From Eledone cirrhosa (taxonomy: Eukaryota), in contig OZ024743.1 of the NCBI GenBank assembly GCA_964016885.1, positions 97,588,001-97,652,000 of the forward strand: a stretch of DNA of 64,000 bases, written 5' to 3'. This document shows positions 26,334 to 40,400 of the stretch, piece by piece (position 1 is the stretch's first letter; each line of letters begins with the position of its first letter). Position numbers and translations under genes: made by a program. The notes below the pieces were generated by a model that saw nothing but the letters and a program-made list of their open reading frames with translations, was not told where the DNA came from and made no database searches.

Positions 26334-26789
26334 ATAATAATAAATTTGAAGATTAAAATCCAAAGAGGGCTCGATAAGGATAAATATATATATCAAATAT
26401 ATAAGAACCGTAGAGCAAATATTCATTAAAATAGTTAAATTCAGAAGATCCCGTTGAGTGTGAAAGCACCGATTCTTTGCTTAAAATTTAATCTGTTATT
26501 TTAATAAATAAATATATATATATATATATATATATATTGTTATACTTTGGGAGGGTCATGTTGCCAATAAGAAACACACGCAACATGACCCTCCCAAAGT
26601 ATAACAATATCGGTTTCAACACACGTTTTCAGATAAAGGATCCTGCTAAACAAATTCAGAAACGAAATATATATATATACATATATATATATTTGTGTGT
26701 GTGTGTGTGTTTGTGTATGAATGAAGTAATTCCGTCGGAAATGTCTAGGAAAGAAGAGTGCTCTATGTAGGTTACAGAGCTTAATAGTT

Positions 26790-26950
26790 ATGTAATAAAT
26801 AACATAAGATAATTATTTCATCTACCAGTGGTTTCTTGAAAGCAAACAAATCTGCTTTCAGTCATCAGATTCTGATGACTGAAAGCAGATTTGTTTGCTT
26901 TCAAGAAACCACTGGTAAATGAAATAATTATCTTATGTTGTTTATTACAT
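26790..26950. mobile_element. Family F fold-back: two back-to-back hammerhead folds (+ 26869-26920, - 26820-26871)
   Basis: Centre tcatcaga-t-tctgatga. CTGATGA cTGAAAGCAGA-tttg-TTTGCTTTCAa GAAA CCA-c-TGG TA aat. Confidence 0.85.
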
Positions 26951-26971
26951 ATATATATATAAATACAAACA

Positions 26972-27094
<123 letters not shown>

Positions 27095-28327
27095 ACACAC
27101 ACACACACACCACATATATATATTTGCAGAAATTCTCAGATTAGCACTTTATTTTATTTTTTGCAAATGGTCTTGTATCAGATATTCAACCTTCTTTGTT
27201 GGTGGCAATGTAAGAAATTTAAGAATAATAGTGTCGTAGACCAACATACTAATATGTATAATATTTAGTAATAAAAGTCAGTTCACAATGTCGATATAAT
27301 TCAGTGTCTAACATAGGCAACTTTAGTTTCAGTTATTTTTCATAATTTCACATGCATCTGATAAACGTTGCGCAGAACTAAATCAATTATATGCTTGACC
27401 TCTAGACCATCCCCAACCAATCAAAATGTATCTTTAAAATAACAATTTGATACATGTTCCCTCCGTAAAAATGAGTGGATTTCAAACTCCGGTCAGAAGC
27501 AAGAAAATTGCGCCATACCTCTATATTCTATCACCACACACTTCTTGTGAAAATCATGAAAGCAGTTAACTTAATGTAAATAAGTTTTCTTAAATATTCC
27601 AAAGGCATTTTCAAATTCTTTACACTTCTATCTGCGGGGAGAAAAACTTATGTTCGTAACCATACATATACACTCACACACAGACATACACCTATATATT
27701 AGAGGCACATATGTACATATTAATGTATAGAAAATATGATTATGTATAATAAAGATGAAAACCGTTTCGATATGAATACATTAAGCTATGATCATGCCTC
27801 AGCTATCTAAAGAAATGTATGAGAATGTCAGGCACATTTTTCCAGAGTTTTATTTCTCATATGTGAAATTTACTCACTCGGTACTGGGAGAAGAATAAGT
27901 TATAGCTAATATACATTTATAGCTAATATACGTATGAAACATAGGATGGAGATGTTCTTTGTATATAGTGCGAATTTGATCGGATAGGGGTTAATTTCCA
28001 GTAGTACTAACATATGGTGTTTCATAATAGAGGTGTTTATGAAAGCATATTCAATATGTTTATGTATACAAGAGTTTTGCTATGAATTTATTAAGCTGTG
28101 AATATGTCTCAACTATCTTGGCGTATAAACTATAGAGTATTATCTTAGTGCCGAGTAATAAGGCCTTTTCGCCTCATGAGTATAAGTTCGAGTCACAAAA
28201 CATCTTGTTCAGCTTTCTAATCCTTGTTTATTTACCCGCCCTTGATCTGTATGTAAATAAAATCTTAAGAAAACATTTAATATTATCTAACAATAGTCTT
28301 TGAACGAAAGTGAATCTTTTAACTGGC

Positions 28328-29081
28328 ATGTTGAGAGTTAGAATCACTTAAGAGCCATGTTGAGAGTTAGAATCACTTAAGAGCTATGTTGAGAGTTAGA
28401 ATCACTTAAGAGCCATGTTGAGAGTTAGAATCACTTAAGAGCTATGTTGAGAGTTAGAATCACTTAAGAGCTATGTTGAGAGTTAGAATCACTTAAGAGC
28501 CATGTTGAGAGTTAGAATCACTTAAGAGCTATGTTGAGAGTTAGAATCACTTAAGAGCTATGTTGAGAGTTAGAATCACTTAAGAGCCATGTTGAGAGTT
28601 AGAATCACTTAAGAGCCATGTTGAGAGTTAGAATCACTTAAGAGCTATGTTGAGAGTTAGAATCACTTAAGAGCCATGTTGAGAGTTAGAATCACTTAAG
28701 AGCTATGTTGAGAGTTAGAATCACTTAAGAGCTATGTTGAGAGTTAGAATCACTTAAGAGCCATGTTGAGAGTTAGAATCACTTAAGAGCTATGTTGAGA
28801 GTTAGAATCACTTAAGAGCTATGTTGAGAGTTAGAATCACTTAAGAGCCATGTTGAGAGTTAGAATCACTTAAGAGCCATGTTGAGAGTTAGAATCACTT
28901 AAGAGCCATGTTGAGAGTTAGAATCACTTAAGAGCTATGTTGAGAGTTAGAATCACTTAAGAGCTATGTTGAGAGTTAGAATCACTTAAGAGCCATGTTG
29001 AGAGTTAGAATCACTTAAGAGCCATGTTGAGAGTTAGAATCACTTAAGAGCCATGTTGAGAGTTAGAATCACTTAAGAGCT
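28328..29081. repeat. Minisatellite, 26 x 29 bp (ATGTTGAGAGTTAGAATCACTTAAGAGCY)
   Basis: Counted directly. Units are identical except for the last base (C or T). No spacers. Confidence 0.97.
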
Positions 29082-29607
29082 AGTGAATTATGCCCTCGAA
29101 AAACTAATGTTTTCTACCTATGCCACTGATCAGGCACGAGAGCAGGTAAAATGAGACATAAATATTTCTCGGTAGAAAAGAAAGGCTATAGTAAATATAA
29201 GAACATTTTCCTATTCACACAATCTTTATTGTTTATTGTCTCTACATGTCCTTCATTCTTCCCTCAACATTATCATGAAGGTTATCTCATATGTCAACCC
29301 TTTACCATATTCATTCCTAATGAGATATTCTTTCTTACAATAAATGTGATCAAAACAATAAAATATCTTATTGCTATATTTCCGTAAAATATTTCCCTGC
29401 ATGTTTCTCCCTGTACAAATCCAATGCTAACATTGTATTAATACTGTTCATAGAGTTCTTTGTTCTTTGCATGCATATGGAACTCACAAAATGATGTCAA
29501 CGATTCTGCCTGCATACCACCCGTCCATTGATCTAATAAATTTTATTTTTAACAATTTTTTTCTTATATCTTTCTTCTTTTCTTCTTTCTCTTTTTCTTT
29601 CTTTTAG

Positions 29608-29797
29608 ACGATTATATCCAATCTGACAATCCACTGCCAACCGACAAGAATGACGAGAATGTTCTACCTTTTTTTCCTTCGAGCATTTCAAGTTATGTTT
29701 CAAATATTCATATTGATGCAGAAGCTGCCAGCAAAATAGCAGATTTTACTCGAACATTATCTAATAGGTTTGAAGCAGATTTTCGTAACATGTGTTG
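29608..29797 (+). CDS. Candidate internal coding exon of an unidentified protein gene
   Basis: Long polypyrimidine tract plus AG at 29606-29607. Open frame DYIQSDNPLPTDKNDENVLPFFPSSISSYVSNIHIDAEAASKIADFTRTLSNRFEADFRNMC. Phase-2 donor TG|GTTGTA; an alternative phase-2 donor AG|GTTTGA follows 29767. Confidence 0.55.
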
Positions 29798-30648
29798 GTT
29801 GTATATATATATTTTGTATTCCTCAACCGAATATATACATATATTTAGCCACATGAATTTTAATCTCGGGACATCTGCATTTAAAACGATTTCATTCGAA
29901 TTTTGTTTTTGGAAATATAGAAAATTTACCAAACAAATGTCAATGAACCTCTGATGAGGCACGCTTAAGATAATTTCAAGAAGTGTATATATAAAGTATT
30001 TAAGATCTAAAGTCAATAGATCGTTAAATTAGCAAGTTGTTTTAAGTTTCAGTTGATAAATTTCGTGCTGAGCTCTGTCGGTCATAATCAGATAACTTTC
30101 AACCCATACATTTGCCTAAACACCAAACGCTCTATTCCATTTTGTTCTATTGAAATCATGCACTAAACATAGCTTTCCGGTTTAAGACTATATATATATA
30201 TGCACAGAGTTTGCCAATACTTAATCTTCAAAGGTTATTCAGCTTGACTCCAGCATATATCTCTGAATTGATTCTTAATAAGTAGAAGCAGCATGGAAGC
30301 ACTATTTTGTTTTAAAGTTGTTACAGAATATTTATTGGCCTTATGAATTTTTGCTTAATGATCTATCGTGAAATAGTAAGTGTTTCCTGGCATTTAACAA
30401 CTATATGTCTTGTCAGTAAATTGTAATACATAACTTTCCTGAATATTCAACAATATTATTGTTGTTATGTTTCCCTACTTGAAATGCCAGTAATATCATA
30501 ACCTCAACTAGAATGTTTCTTGATTTTAATAAGAAGGTTAAACATTCCATATTTCTTGAATTCATTATTTCTACTTTTATACAACGTTCAATAAAGAGTA
30601 TTATTTTGATATTTTAGTTTGTTGAGTTAATTAAAGGTTACTGTACAG

Positions 30649-30733
30649 TCGACAGACTTATAGTGCACATGAACTCGGCCACACCACACAACCTTCATTG
30701 GCTCAGGTCTCCGAAGTACAAATTGAAGCTAAG
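30649..30733 (+). CDS. Candidate penultimate coding exon of the same gene
   Basis: Acceptor ctgtacag| (alternative in-frame acceptor at 30637). RQTYSAHELGHTTQPSLAQVSEVQIEAK. Strong donor AAG|GTATGT, phase 0. Confidence 0.55.
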
Positions 30734-32273
30734 GTATGTTGAGCTTCGCAGCAAATTGTGTAATCATCAAGAGTGTTGTTAGTTTGCGGTTCTGAATTCC
30801 AATACGCTTGTACGAGTCTAAGACGTCTGCGATATTCTACAGGAAGATATTTCTTCAGGAAATGCCCTACGATGACTTGGATGAAGACATTGAGCCAATA
30901 TGGTCACCTGATTATACTAGTGGCCCTTATGATAGAATGTAATTTATATATAGTTATCTTCTCTAATAATGAACTGTGAAATAATTATCAAATATATAAA
31001 ATAATCTGTATTTTTATATGGGGACTGCAGTGAAATATTAGTATACACTGGGAGAGAGGAATCTGCAACTCAGTTTAAATACCACTATGCCTCTCTAGGC
31101 GTCACTAGCAGCAGCTTCCTACTGTTAAAGACCACCATTGATTAAAAAAGTCAATACAAAACACCGTGTTGCTTCACTGTTTATTTCAGCAGTCGTTTCA
31201 TATTCTCATTTAGGTGTATATACGTTATAAGCTTTAAGCTTTCTATTGATAAAAGCTGGTGTGTGAAAGTGATTAAAAGTTAATAGGTGAATACTTCACA
31301 GCACCATGAATAAATTTTATAAATGGAAATCTTTTAAGTCTTGATGTAAAGAGATATGTTTTGCAAAATTTCAATAGTGAATGAAAATTGTATTATGTAC
31401 AGTGACAGAGTAACTATGTCGGTTTGGCAGAACACTTTTTCAAAACAATATCTACAATATACGAGCTGGTTATTACAGTTTTTCCCAATATATCTGATCC
31501 TTAAAAGATGGTGACACCAAATTCAATTTTGAAAGATCTATAACGTATCTAATGTTATATCAGCACTGAAAGTAAGATACCTATATATGCTTCGAAAATG
31601 TAAGATATCTTTATATCTATACGAGAATCACAGAGAACAATCAATGCTCATCTTTAAATACAAAGACATATATACTATCTCAAAAGCTATAATGCCCCAC
31701 GACCAACACTTAGTAGACCCTGCAGCACACTGAAATTTCTATAAGTGAAATGGAAAAGAAAATTATAAGCCCATAAAAATATATGTAACGTGAAATGCGA
31801 GTAATATAGTTGTAACATCTGTATATTTGTATATTCTAACATTTGGGCATAAGATGGTTGAGTAGATAAGGAATTAGATTAATATTAAATGAGTTATGTC
31901 TTTGGTCAGAATTTTGTCTAGATTTAGTTCAGCAGCCTGTCGCTAACAGATATTTAATAGGTTATCTGGAATATATGGTTTCAAGCCAGTATCAACTAAT
32001 ATCTTCGTTCAGACAGGTCATAGTATTGAAACTGATTAGATGTTGTGTGTCGCTATTAAACAACATCACAGTTCCCGGGAAATGCATCATGTTTAGGACA
32101 TTCACTAAAATTTAAAATCTATTATATCTATGAAATAAAAGTTCGGAAGCAAGCGTAGTTAAGTGGTTAAGTAATCCGCTTCTCAATGATAAGGCTCCGG
32201 ACCTAATATCTCTCTGAGGAATATAGGGGAAATGTATGTTGTATAGCATCGAGTCGACAGTAGCATTTTGTAG

Positions 32274-32441
32274 GAAATTTGGTTTACGGTAACTATCCAG
32301 GATTCTGCGGGAACGGTTGTATTTGTAGCTAAAATGACCAATGCTGTCGTACAATGTCCAACTGATTCGGCTGGGAAATTACATATGCGATCATGTGTTT
32401 GTAAATTACTCAGCAATTTACATAGTAATCTACTAGCCTGA
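32274..32441 (+). CDS. Candidate terminal coding exon of the same gene
   Basis: Acceptor attttgtag|, phase 0. EIWFTVTIQDSAGTVVFVAKMTNAVVQCPTDSAGKLHMRSCVCKLLSNLHSNLLA-stop. AATAAA at 32496-32501. Confidence 0.6.
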   Translation, partial: EIWFTVTIQDSAGTVVFVAKMTNAVVQCPTDSAGKLHMRSCVCKLLSNLHSNLLA

Positions 32442-33039
32442 CGTTCGATTGGTCCTCGTCATTCGAGGGTCCTTCATTATGATAGTGGTCAGTTCAATAA
32501 AAACACAATAGGTTATCATCCTGTATGTACTGTCGATAACATCCTCAACGAATTGTATCATATTGGCATTCCATATGAAATCTCTTCATTTTGATACCCA
32601 AATATTGAAAGCCATGAATATATAAACTAAGTATGGTAGAATAAGCCAGCCGATGTCTCATTGCTTCATTAATATTTGAGTTCTATTTACAAGAACCACA
32701 TAGTATTACTTTCTAACAATTGTTGTACTGAATACGATAAAAACGTAATCTTTCTTACTTTATTTAACTAAGTATAAAATAAGAGACAGCCAACTTTATT
32801 AACAAAAATCATATCCATAAAGCAAAATCATTCCATCTGCTAAAATGTATATCTTCCGCATATCTTCCGCAAAGTGGCGGAGAGCATGAAGGAATTTAGT
32901 TGGATACTTTTAAGGTTACAAAAATCTGCCGAATCTGATATAGACCGAACTGTTATATCGGATGCAGAACGCTTCGGAGTTACTATTGGGGTCACCGTCA
33001 ACAATTTCAAGGGATGTACGGTTAAGTAGGGATAATATA

Positions 33040-33323
33040 GTGTATAAAGAGAGGTAACTCTTTCAAAATACTAAAGAGTTGTCTCTATTGAACATTATAG
33101 ACAAAATTGCCGACAAAAAGGGCTTAAAGTTTTAGTGAAAAAGAAACGCCCTTAACAACAGAACATTGAAAAATAAAAGATGCAGTTAATATCTTTAGAC
33201 CTCAAGGAATATATAAATGCAAGTTTGAAGTCAATCGGAGTAGAAATGTGGATTTGTATAGACCTTGTCAAAATTAGGATACACACACACACAGACAACT
33301 TCAGTTTTATATATATGTATAGA
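33040..33323 (-). mobile_element. Helitron-like 5' fragment
   Basis: Minus strand starts A|TCTATACATATATATAAAACTGAAG, then (TG)n and a CCGATTGACTTCAAACTTGCA motif typical of non-autonomous rolling-circle repeats. The 3' end was not found. Confidence 0.5.
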
Positions 33324-34228
33324 TAACATTCCAATGCAAGATTCATGCGAAATTTAATACAATAAATAGGATATGAACAAGTGCAGTAGATACACAGGAA
33401 ACTTCTCGCAATAAACTGCTCCTTAATCAGAATAGTTTCTTTAAATTTGCCCCCTTATTCGCGGGAATATTTCATTTAATGTAGAATCTATTCAGCATTC
33501 CGCCCAAATAAACTTCAAACCCGTTTCAATATAGAACCTGTACCGTTTTGAACCGACCGATATAAATATGCTTTCAGTCATTTGTAATGGAGTTTTCTAA
33601 ACTGTAATTACTTAGAAAGCTCAATTAATTGATGTAAAGCCGATCTTCCACATGATGGATTTTGGAAGAATTATCGTTGAATATGTATAATAAGTCGTTA
33701 TCAATTATTTTGAATTGTTTTGGTCTTGAACGAGGAAATTCTATTCTTTGGTAATATTTTCGAAATAGATTCCCTGTGCCCATTTCTGAATGAAAGCATA
33801 AGGTAATAGCTTGCAGATTAAGAAAAGTTGGCTATAAATTGCTATTTAACTATGTTTGGATAACGAGCTCATCACATTCGTGTCAAATGCATATAACTAC
33901 TCTCATAACAATATCTGCATTTTCCCGCGGTGTGTACTGGTTCTCTTTTACCTACACTCTATCGTTAGGTTAGAATTGGAGGTTCAACTAGGAAAATATA
34001 ACAATTCATTTTAAATTACATGTCAAATGAAAATTCGGCTGTTTTCAAGGTTTATGTTAATGGAATATTTCATAGTTATTGCTTATACACAGAGAAATTG
34101 TACACATTTCCCTTGGTTACAGTAAAGTCAAGATACTTATGATGTAAGGAAATTGGTCTCACAAATTTGGGTTGATAAGTTCGGATCATTACCGGAGGAT
34201 ATGTTACTAATTTTCGGGAAAGAAATAA

Positions 34229-34418
34229 TTGTTTCTACTTTTGGCACAAGGGCAGCAATTATGCCAGTGCATTACTGGTACTTTATTTCATCGACCCCGT
34301 AAAGATGACAGGCAAAGTTAGCCTCGGTGACATTTGAACTCAGACCGTAAAGTGCCGTAACTCTATGCTAAAAATGCATAGCGTCCGACCCTCCACCGAT
34401 ACTGCCAATCCACCGCCC
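34229..34418 (-). mobile_element. Meta-like tRNA SINE with a target-site duplication
   Basis: Full copy flanked on both sides by TCGGGAAAGAAATAAT. Confidence 0.85.
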
Positions 34419-34641
34419 TCGGGAAAGAAATAATACAAGCTAATGCTAATATATTTTATACATTAGCAGAAATATTTTTATCGAGTGGATATTTCTTTCT
34501 CATCTATTTATCACCACTGTATTTGCAGTTCTAAGTTGCCGTTATGTGTAAACTAACCACACGAAATTTGTTTTATATGATTTTTCATTCTGTTGTGAGG
34601 AAAGAAACGCCGTTCACAAAAGTAGCGTGTTACAAGTAATA

Positions 34642-34834
34642 ATTGTTTCTACTTTTTTGGCACAAGGCCAGCAGTTACCCAGTGCATTACTGGTACTTTA
34701 TTTTATCGACCCCGTAAGGATGAAAGGCAAAGTTAACCTCGGCGGGATTTGAACTGAGAATGGAAAGGGGCGTAACTCTATGCGTCAAAGCATGGCGTCC
34801 GACCCTCTACCGATACTGCCAATCCACCGACCTT
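34642..34834 (-). mobile_element. Meta-like tRNA SINE with a target-site duplication
   Basis: Full copy flanked by TGTTACAAGTAATA. Confidence 0.85.
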
Positions 34835-35194
34835 GTTACAAGTAATACTGTTACAAGTAACACCGTTATAAGTAATAATAATTTATTCATACGGTATGTA
34901 ATAAATGGAAACTGATTCTATATCCATATTTGAAGTGTAAAATATTATTTAGATTATGTTACTGATTATTTCATGAGAGTTTATTAAGACGGCGATGTAT
35001 GCTAAGTAAGGAATTTTATTGTATGTTGCATTAGAAAATGTAATATTTGCTTATATTTGCTACTCTCTCTCTCTCCCTTATCTCTCTCTGTGGTTACCCC
35101 CAATTGAACCCAGGATAAACTTATATACACACGAACACGCAATATACACACGAACACGCAAACGAACACACACTCACATGCACACGAATGTATA

Positions 35195-35302
<108 letters not shown>

Positions 35303-36408
35303 ACACGTTTGACTTTGATAACTGCATACTGGATGGTAAATAATAGTCCCTGGTAGAGCAATCGACTGAAATTAGTATCCATTGTTTCCCAATGATCTCT
35401 TAGAATCTAACACAATATTCAAATATTTCACATTTATTCTCACTTGCAGTTATATCTAATATTTACACAATGTGTGCTGATTATATTGTTGTATGATACA
35501 TTATAGAATATTATATGTTAACAGCTCATCATTAATGAATTAAGAGAATCTCATATTCACCATCATTTTATTATAACTACATTATAAACCTGACATTAGC
35601 AAGATGCATTCAATTAGCAGAATTGATATTTTAACTGTTTCATTCATCTAATCGTTCTTTTCTATCAATTTCACTCCCAATTAACGGCCTAGAGGATCTA
35701 TTATATATTTCAATACTAATTTCATCAAGTAGCTCACTTCATAGATGTTTCAGTGTTGTTATAACCTTCTTCACTTTCAATTCGACGTTGCTTTTGGTTC
35801 AGACTTCCTTATTATTGTACTTATTAATCATTTTTAAATAGCTTCACAAGGAATCATAGTCCATCCAGTTTTAAATGTACACGACTCAAATCTGTATTTG
35901 AATATGTCGTGGAGTTTAGCTTCAATTAAGCTTTGATAGAGCCGGTCAGGACCATGCCAGTTTTGTGGGCAATGTGCTTTTAAAAATCTCTTTCTGTTTT
36001 AAAGACCTGTGAGCAGTCCCACATGCTTACTGCTCTGTAACTATTGCTTTCATTGTACCATAGCACAACAAATACATGTTCGGTTTGTCGAATGCCTTTT
36101 TACTTACCCTAACATTTTACTCTCAGGCACCCAATTAAGTTAAACCCCTGGTAATCTACGACGAAAGTTTTTTATAAGCACAAACTGTAGACACCATCCC
36201 CAGGCTGAGGTATTCCGTACTTCTCTGTACTGTTTCAGAAAGGTGGGATAAACATGCCAATCTATGTTTAGATATATATATATATACCAAGCAGCAAATA
36301 TGTGGAGTTAGTGTGTTAGTCGTTGCTCTCACTTCATATTCCATCTTTCTCTCTCTACATATCTTTCTTCAGACACAGGTACACACACACACATATATAT
36401 TTATATGC

Positions 36409-36457
<49 letters not shown>

Positions 36458-36459
36458 TG

Positions 36460-36490
<31 letters not shown>

Positions 36491-36508
36491 GTCTGTGTGT
36501 GTGTGTGC

Positions 36509-36550
<42 letters not shown>

Positions 36551-37378
36551 TTATGTGTGTGTATATATGTGTATGTATGCGTATGCGTCTGTGTGTGTTA
36601 TTTATGTGAAGGGTGTGTACATAATCGCACAATGTTATATGTAAGAATGGAAACGAAATAAACAATACAACTAATAACATGAAACTCCTGTCTTCCTGCA
36701 ACATCACAAAAGGAAGAACAGTTATAAATCCCGAACCCTATTTACAACAACGAAGCAAATACTAAAAACGCGCGCATTGTATATTCATGTAAATCGTCTG
36801 AATACACATATGTCAATTTATACATCCATTCATCCACATATCTATATATCTATTTATCTACCTATTCTTTTGTATTTCCATGTATTAAGACATTGGATAC
36901 CATATACAATAAATTTATATAATTCAGAAAATATTTATCATCGTATACTTATTTAATCAATAAATGTTTTGGGGCAGGAAACATAAGTATCTTCAAACCG
37001 AGTCTTCAGGACTAAGTATGATTCACTTATGCAATTAATATCCTCTCGAAATTCACGCCCTCAAGTAACTCTTGTTTTTCCTTCACTTATAACAGATTGT
37101 TAAGATATCTAAATGAGGAGAAAACAATGTAAATGAACGCAAGTATCTCTTCCCTTTGATAATATAACAACAAACGAAACAATATATATGCATGTATATA
37201 AATATATATATATGTGTGTGTGTATGTAAATGTGTGTGAATGAATGTGTATGTGCGTGTATACGCTCTATGTGTGTGTCAAGAAAGGAAAGAGCGAAGCG
37301 ATCTGAATGAGGTGGGAGAGTGGAGGCCTCAACCAGCTATGACTGTCCTCACAGTTTCAAAGACATGTAAATATATAC

Positions 37379-37453
<75 letters not shown>

Positions 37454-40400
37454 AACTATTTAAAACTGTGAGGTGATTATTTGCGAAACACGTTACGCGT
37501 GATTTTTGAATAAAGTATGTGGAACAAAAATTTTGATCTCCCTTTCTTTACACACAGACAGACACGCACACACACACAAATAAAAACACACACACATACA
37601 CACATACACTTATATATATTTATGATAAGAACAGATTAAAGTTTAAGCAAAGAATCGCTGCTTTCGCCTGTAACGGGATCATCGGATTTTAGTCTTCACA
37701 ATTATTATTACTATATATATATATATGTATATATAGTAATATATATATATATGTGTGTGTGTATGTGTGTGTGTATGTGTGTGTGCGTGTGTGTGTGTGC
37801 ATGTGTGTGTGTGTGTGTACATTGTAGGTGTCAGTGAGAGTGCCGTGTTCACACCACTTGATGAATTTGAGGTACTCTAACGTAAACATCGGATTGTTAA
37901 TCTAGAAACATGATTAATTGCACGATTATTGGATGAAGAATTTCTAGATATACAAATATACTGGGTAATCATATTTGCCTGAAGCTCATTTGGACATTCG
38001 TTTTGTCGATGTGTATTGTACTCGGGGGAATCAGTGGCGATTGAAATACCGATTTTACCCATATACTATGACTTTTATTGATTCTATGAGTCATTGCAAT
38101 ATAAGTTGTTCCATTATATTCTTATAGAAGAATTAGACATGCCATATCGTTCATAAAGGTTGCCTGCAATGAGGCGTTTCACGAGGAATTAGATTTGGAA
38201 AGCATCATTTTGAATAAAGATGGTATATTAAATATAACTAATGTCTTGTGTTTTATAATTCTAAAAATAAAATATCTAATTCATGCTTATTTCATCACTC
38301 TTTGAAAACATTGGTGAGAAAATAACTATTGGTGAATTGTCTGTAGTGTGTGATTGTGTCAACATGTGTAGAAGTAATCAACTACAAAAGATTATATATG
38401 TTTTTAAGCATATTAATAAATATATAAATAACACTTACAAAACGTATACTAAGACGAGAAATAATTATGAAGACCTAAAAAATAAATATCGTGTGCGTGT
38501 GTATATGCCACTTCTGATTATGTTTTCGGTTTCTATATTCTTGTAAACGAACATTATGCATCTAACACCATCGAAGTAATCAAAGTAGGTGTAAATTTCT
38601 TCAGAATTGAGAATGGGAGATATGGTATTTCATTGCACATTTTAAAAACAATGCCGTCATAAGAAATGCAGAATTATGAATGAGAAAAAAATTAATTTGA
38701 AACCACAAATAATTATTAGAAAAAAACAACTCTAATGATTCTCCATTTTAACACAGAGTGAGTTCCTAAATTTCTTTACTTTTTTAACTGCTCGGTATAC
38801 ACAGCGTCACACACATCACAGTATATTTGACTGCCATAGCATCTTTTTAAAATATCCAATTCCATGGAAACCCAACTAGCTAAATGGAGTTGAGGAAAAT
38901 GCAAAGTAAATTTTCCAAATGATTAAAACCTCCTTAATGTATACAATTGTAGCAAAATATATACTTTTACCGCATCAGATTCTTTTACTAAAGCGAACAT
39001 ATTGGACAGAGCCAGTCTAGTTTACAGTGATGTAGGTAGAGGTAAGAAATATTTTCATTTTCTTGGTGCCACAGCTATTAACAGGATAATGGAAAATGAG
39101 ATTATCTGTTTAAAAAAGTGTAATTTCGGGTGCAATAACTGATAAATTTACTTACTTTCGTTGATTGATGCAAGTCACACAATTCTAATCCATTCATACA
39201 GAATTAATCTCGGATTGTCTAGCCTTCTAGTGCAAAAAAGAAAATTCCACTATAAATTCAAACACATAAATTATACAATTTCGTCAAAATATACGAACCA
39301 AATTTACATTCGTGAGAAATTTAAAGTGACTCTTTATTTTAAGTATTTGACAGGGAAATTTGTTACGAAACAAAGACGAAATTTGCTAAGAACAGTAGAT
39401 ATTATTTACATTACAATGCAGACCAATGCACAATTACACAAGTATAATGTTTAACAATAGTTTCGGTGTTGTACTCGTCTTGAAAGTTACTTGATCTCAG
39501 ACAGTGTCGAGAGTAAATCAATTCCTACCGGGAAGATTCTTTTTCACATTTAAAAACCCACAAAAGCTGCTAACTTTACTTTATACATATCCTTTATTTC
39601 TTTTCTGCTCCCTAATCCCTAATATAGTTCCATTACTGCTATATAACAATGTATAGGTTGTAGAGAATGCGACAAACATTTTGACACCAATAAACACTTG
39701 ATGTATATAAACTAACGTTAACAAATTTTGTGGGAGTTTTAAAGGGTAAACTGTCTCAAGCAATAATTATTTTAACATGTTTCTTTTGTAAACGTGAAAA
39801 GCAATTAAAGCCAAAAGCTGTTTTATAGCGTATATAATGAAACAACGTTAAACAACACGAATCACATTGATGCGATGCATTGACTTAAATGTTGATCCAG
39901 TTATTCACCGTATCAGCAATTAGAACATTGAAAATATTATGTATAACATAACAAGCTACAGTATAAAAGGGTAACCTGCTGACTAATTGTACAAAATGAA
40001 GCCGGGAGGTAATATAAAGTATTTTCGTTTTACTCACCTTGACCAGGAGAAGTGAAAACTCTGCTGGTGTTTGAAAACAAGCTGCTTAAATAATGAATTA
40101 TGTCCACATATATCCTTGACAACATTCCTATGATACAATGTTTAGTGTATGCATACCATACGTCGCATATTGTTTTGCAAAATATAGCTACAAAATGACT
40201 TTACAATACAAATGAAGACAAAAAATAGCAACACAGGATGAGGTTCAGCAATTTCATCAATTTTCGATTTGATTTCATACCAGCTCACTGCGCTCTGAGT
40301 TCCAATCCTGCCGAGATCAACTTACAGCCTTCAACACTTAACGGTCGATAAAGAATTTACCAATCTAACACTTTCACGCTATTTGTTTCGGCTCTGTACC

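Noticed and set aside
28328-29081. 29-bp repeat as a CRISPR array
   Set aside because: No spacers, no cas genes, eukaryotic context.
29951-29990. CTGATGAG motif
   Set aside because: No stem II followed by GAAA.
30667-30684. AHELGH as a metalloprotease zinc motif
   Set aside because: Lacks the following GxxH or another clear third ligand and any recognisable fold context. Treated as unproven.
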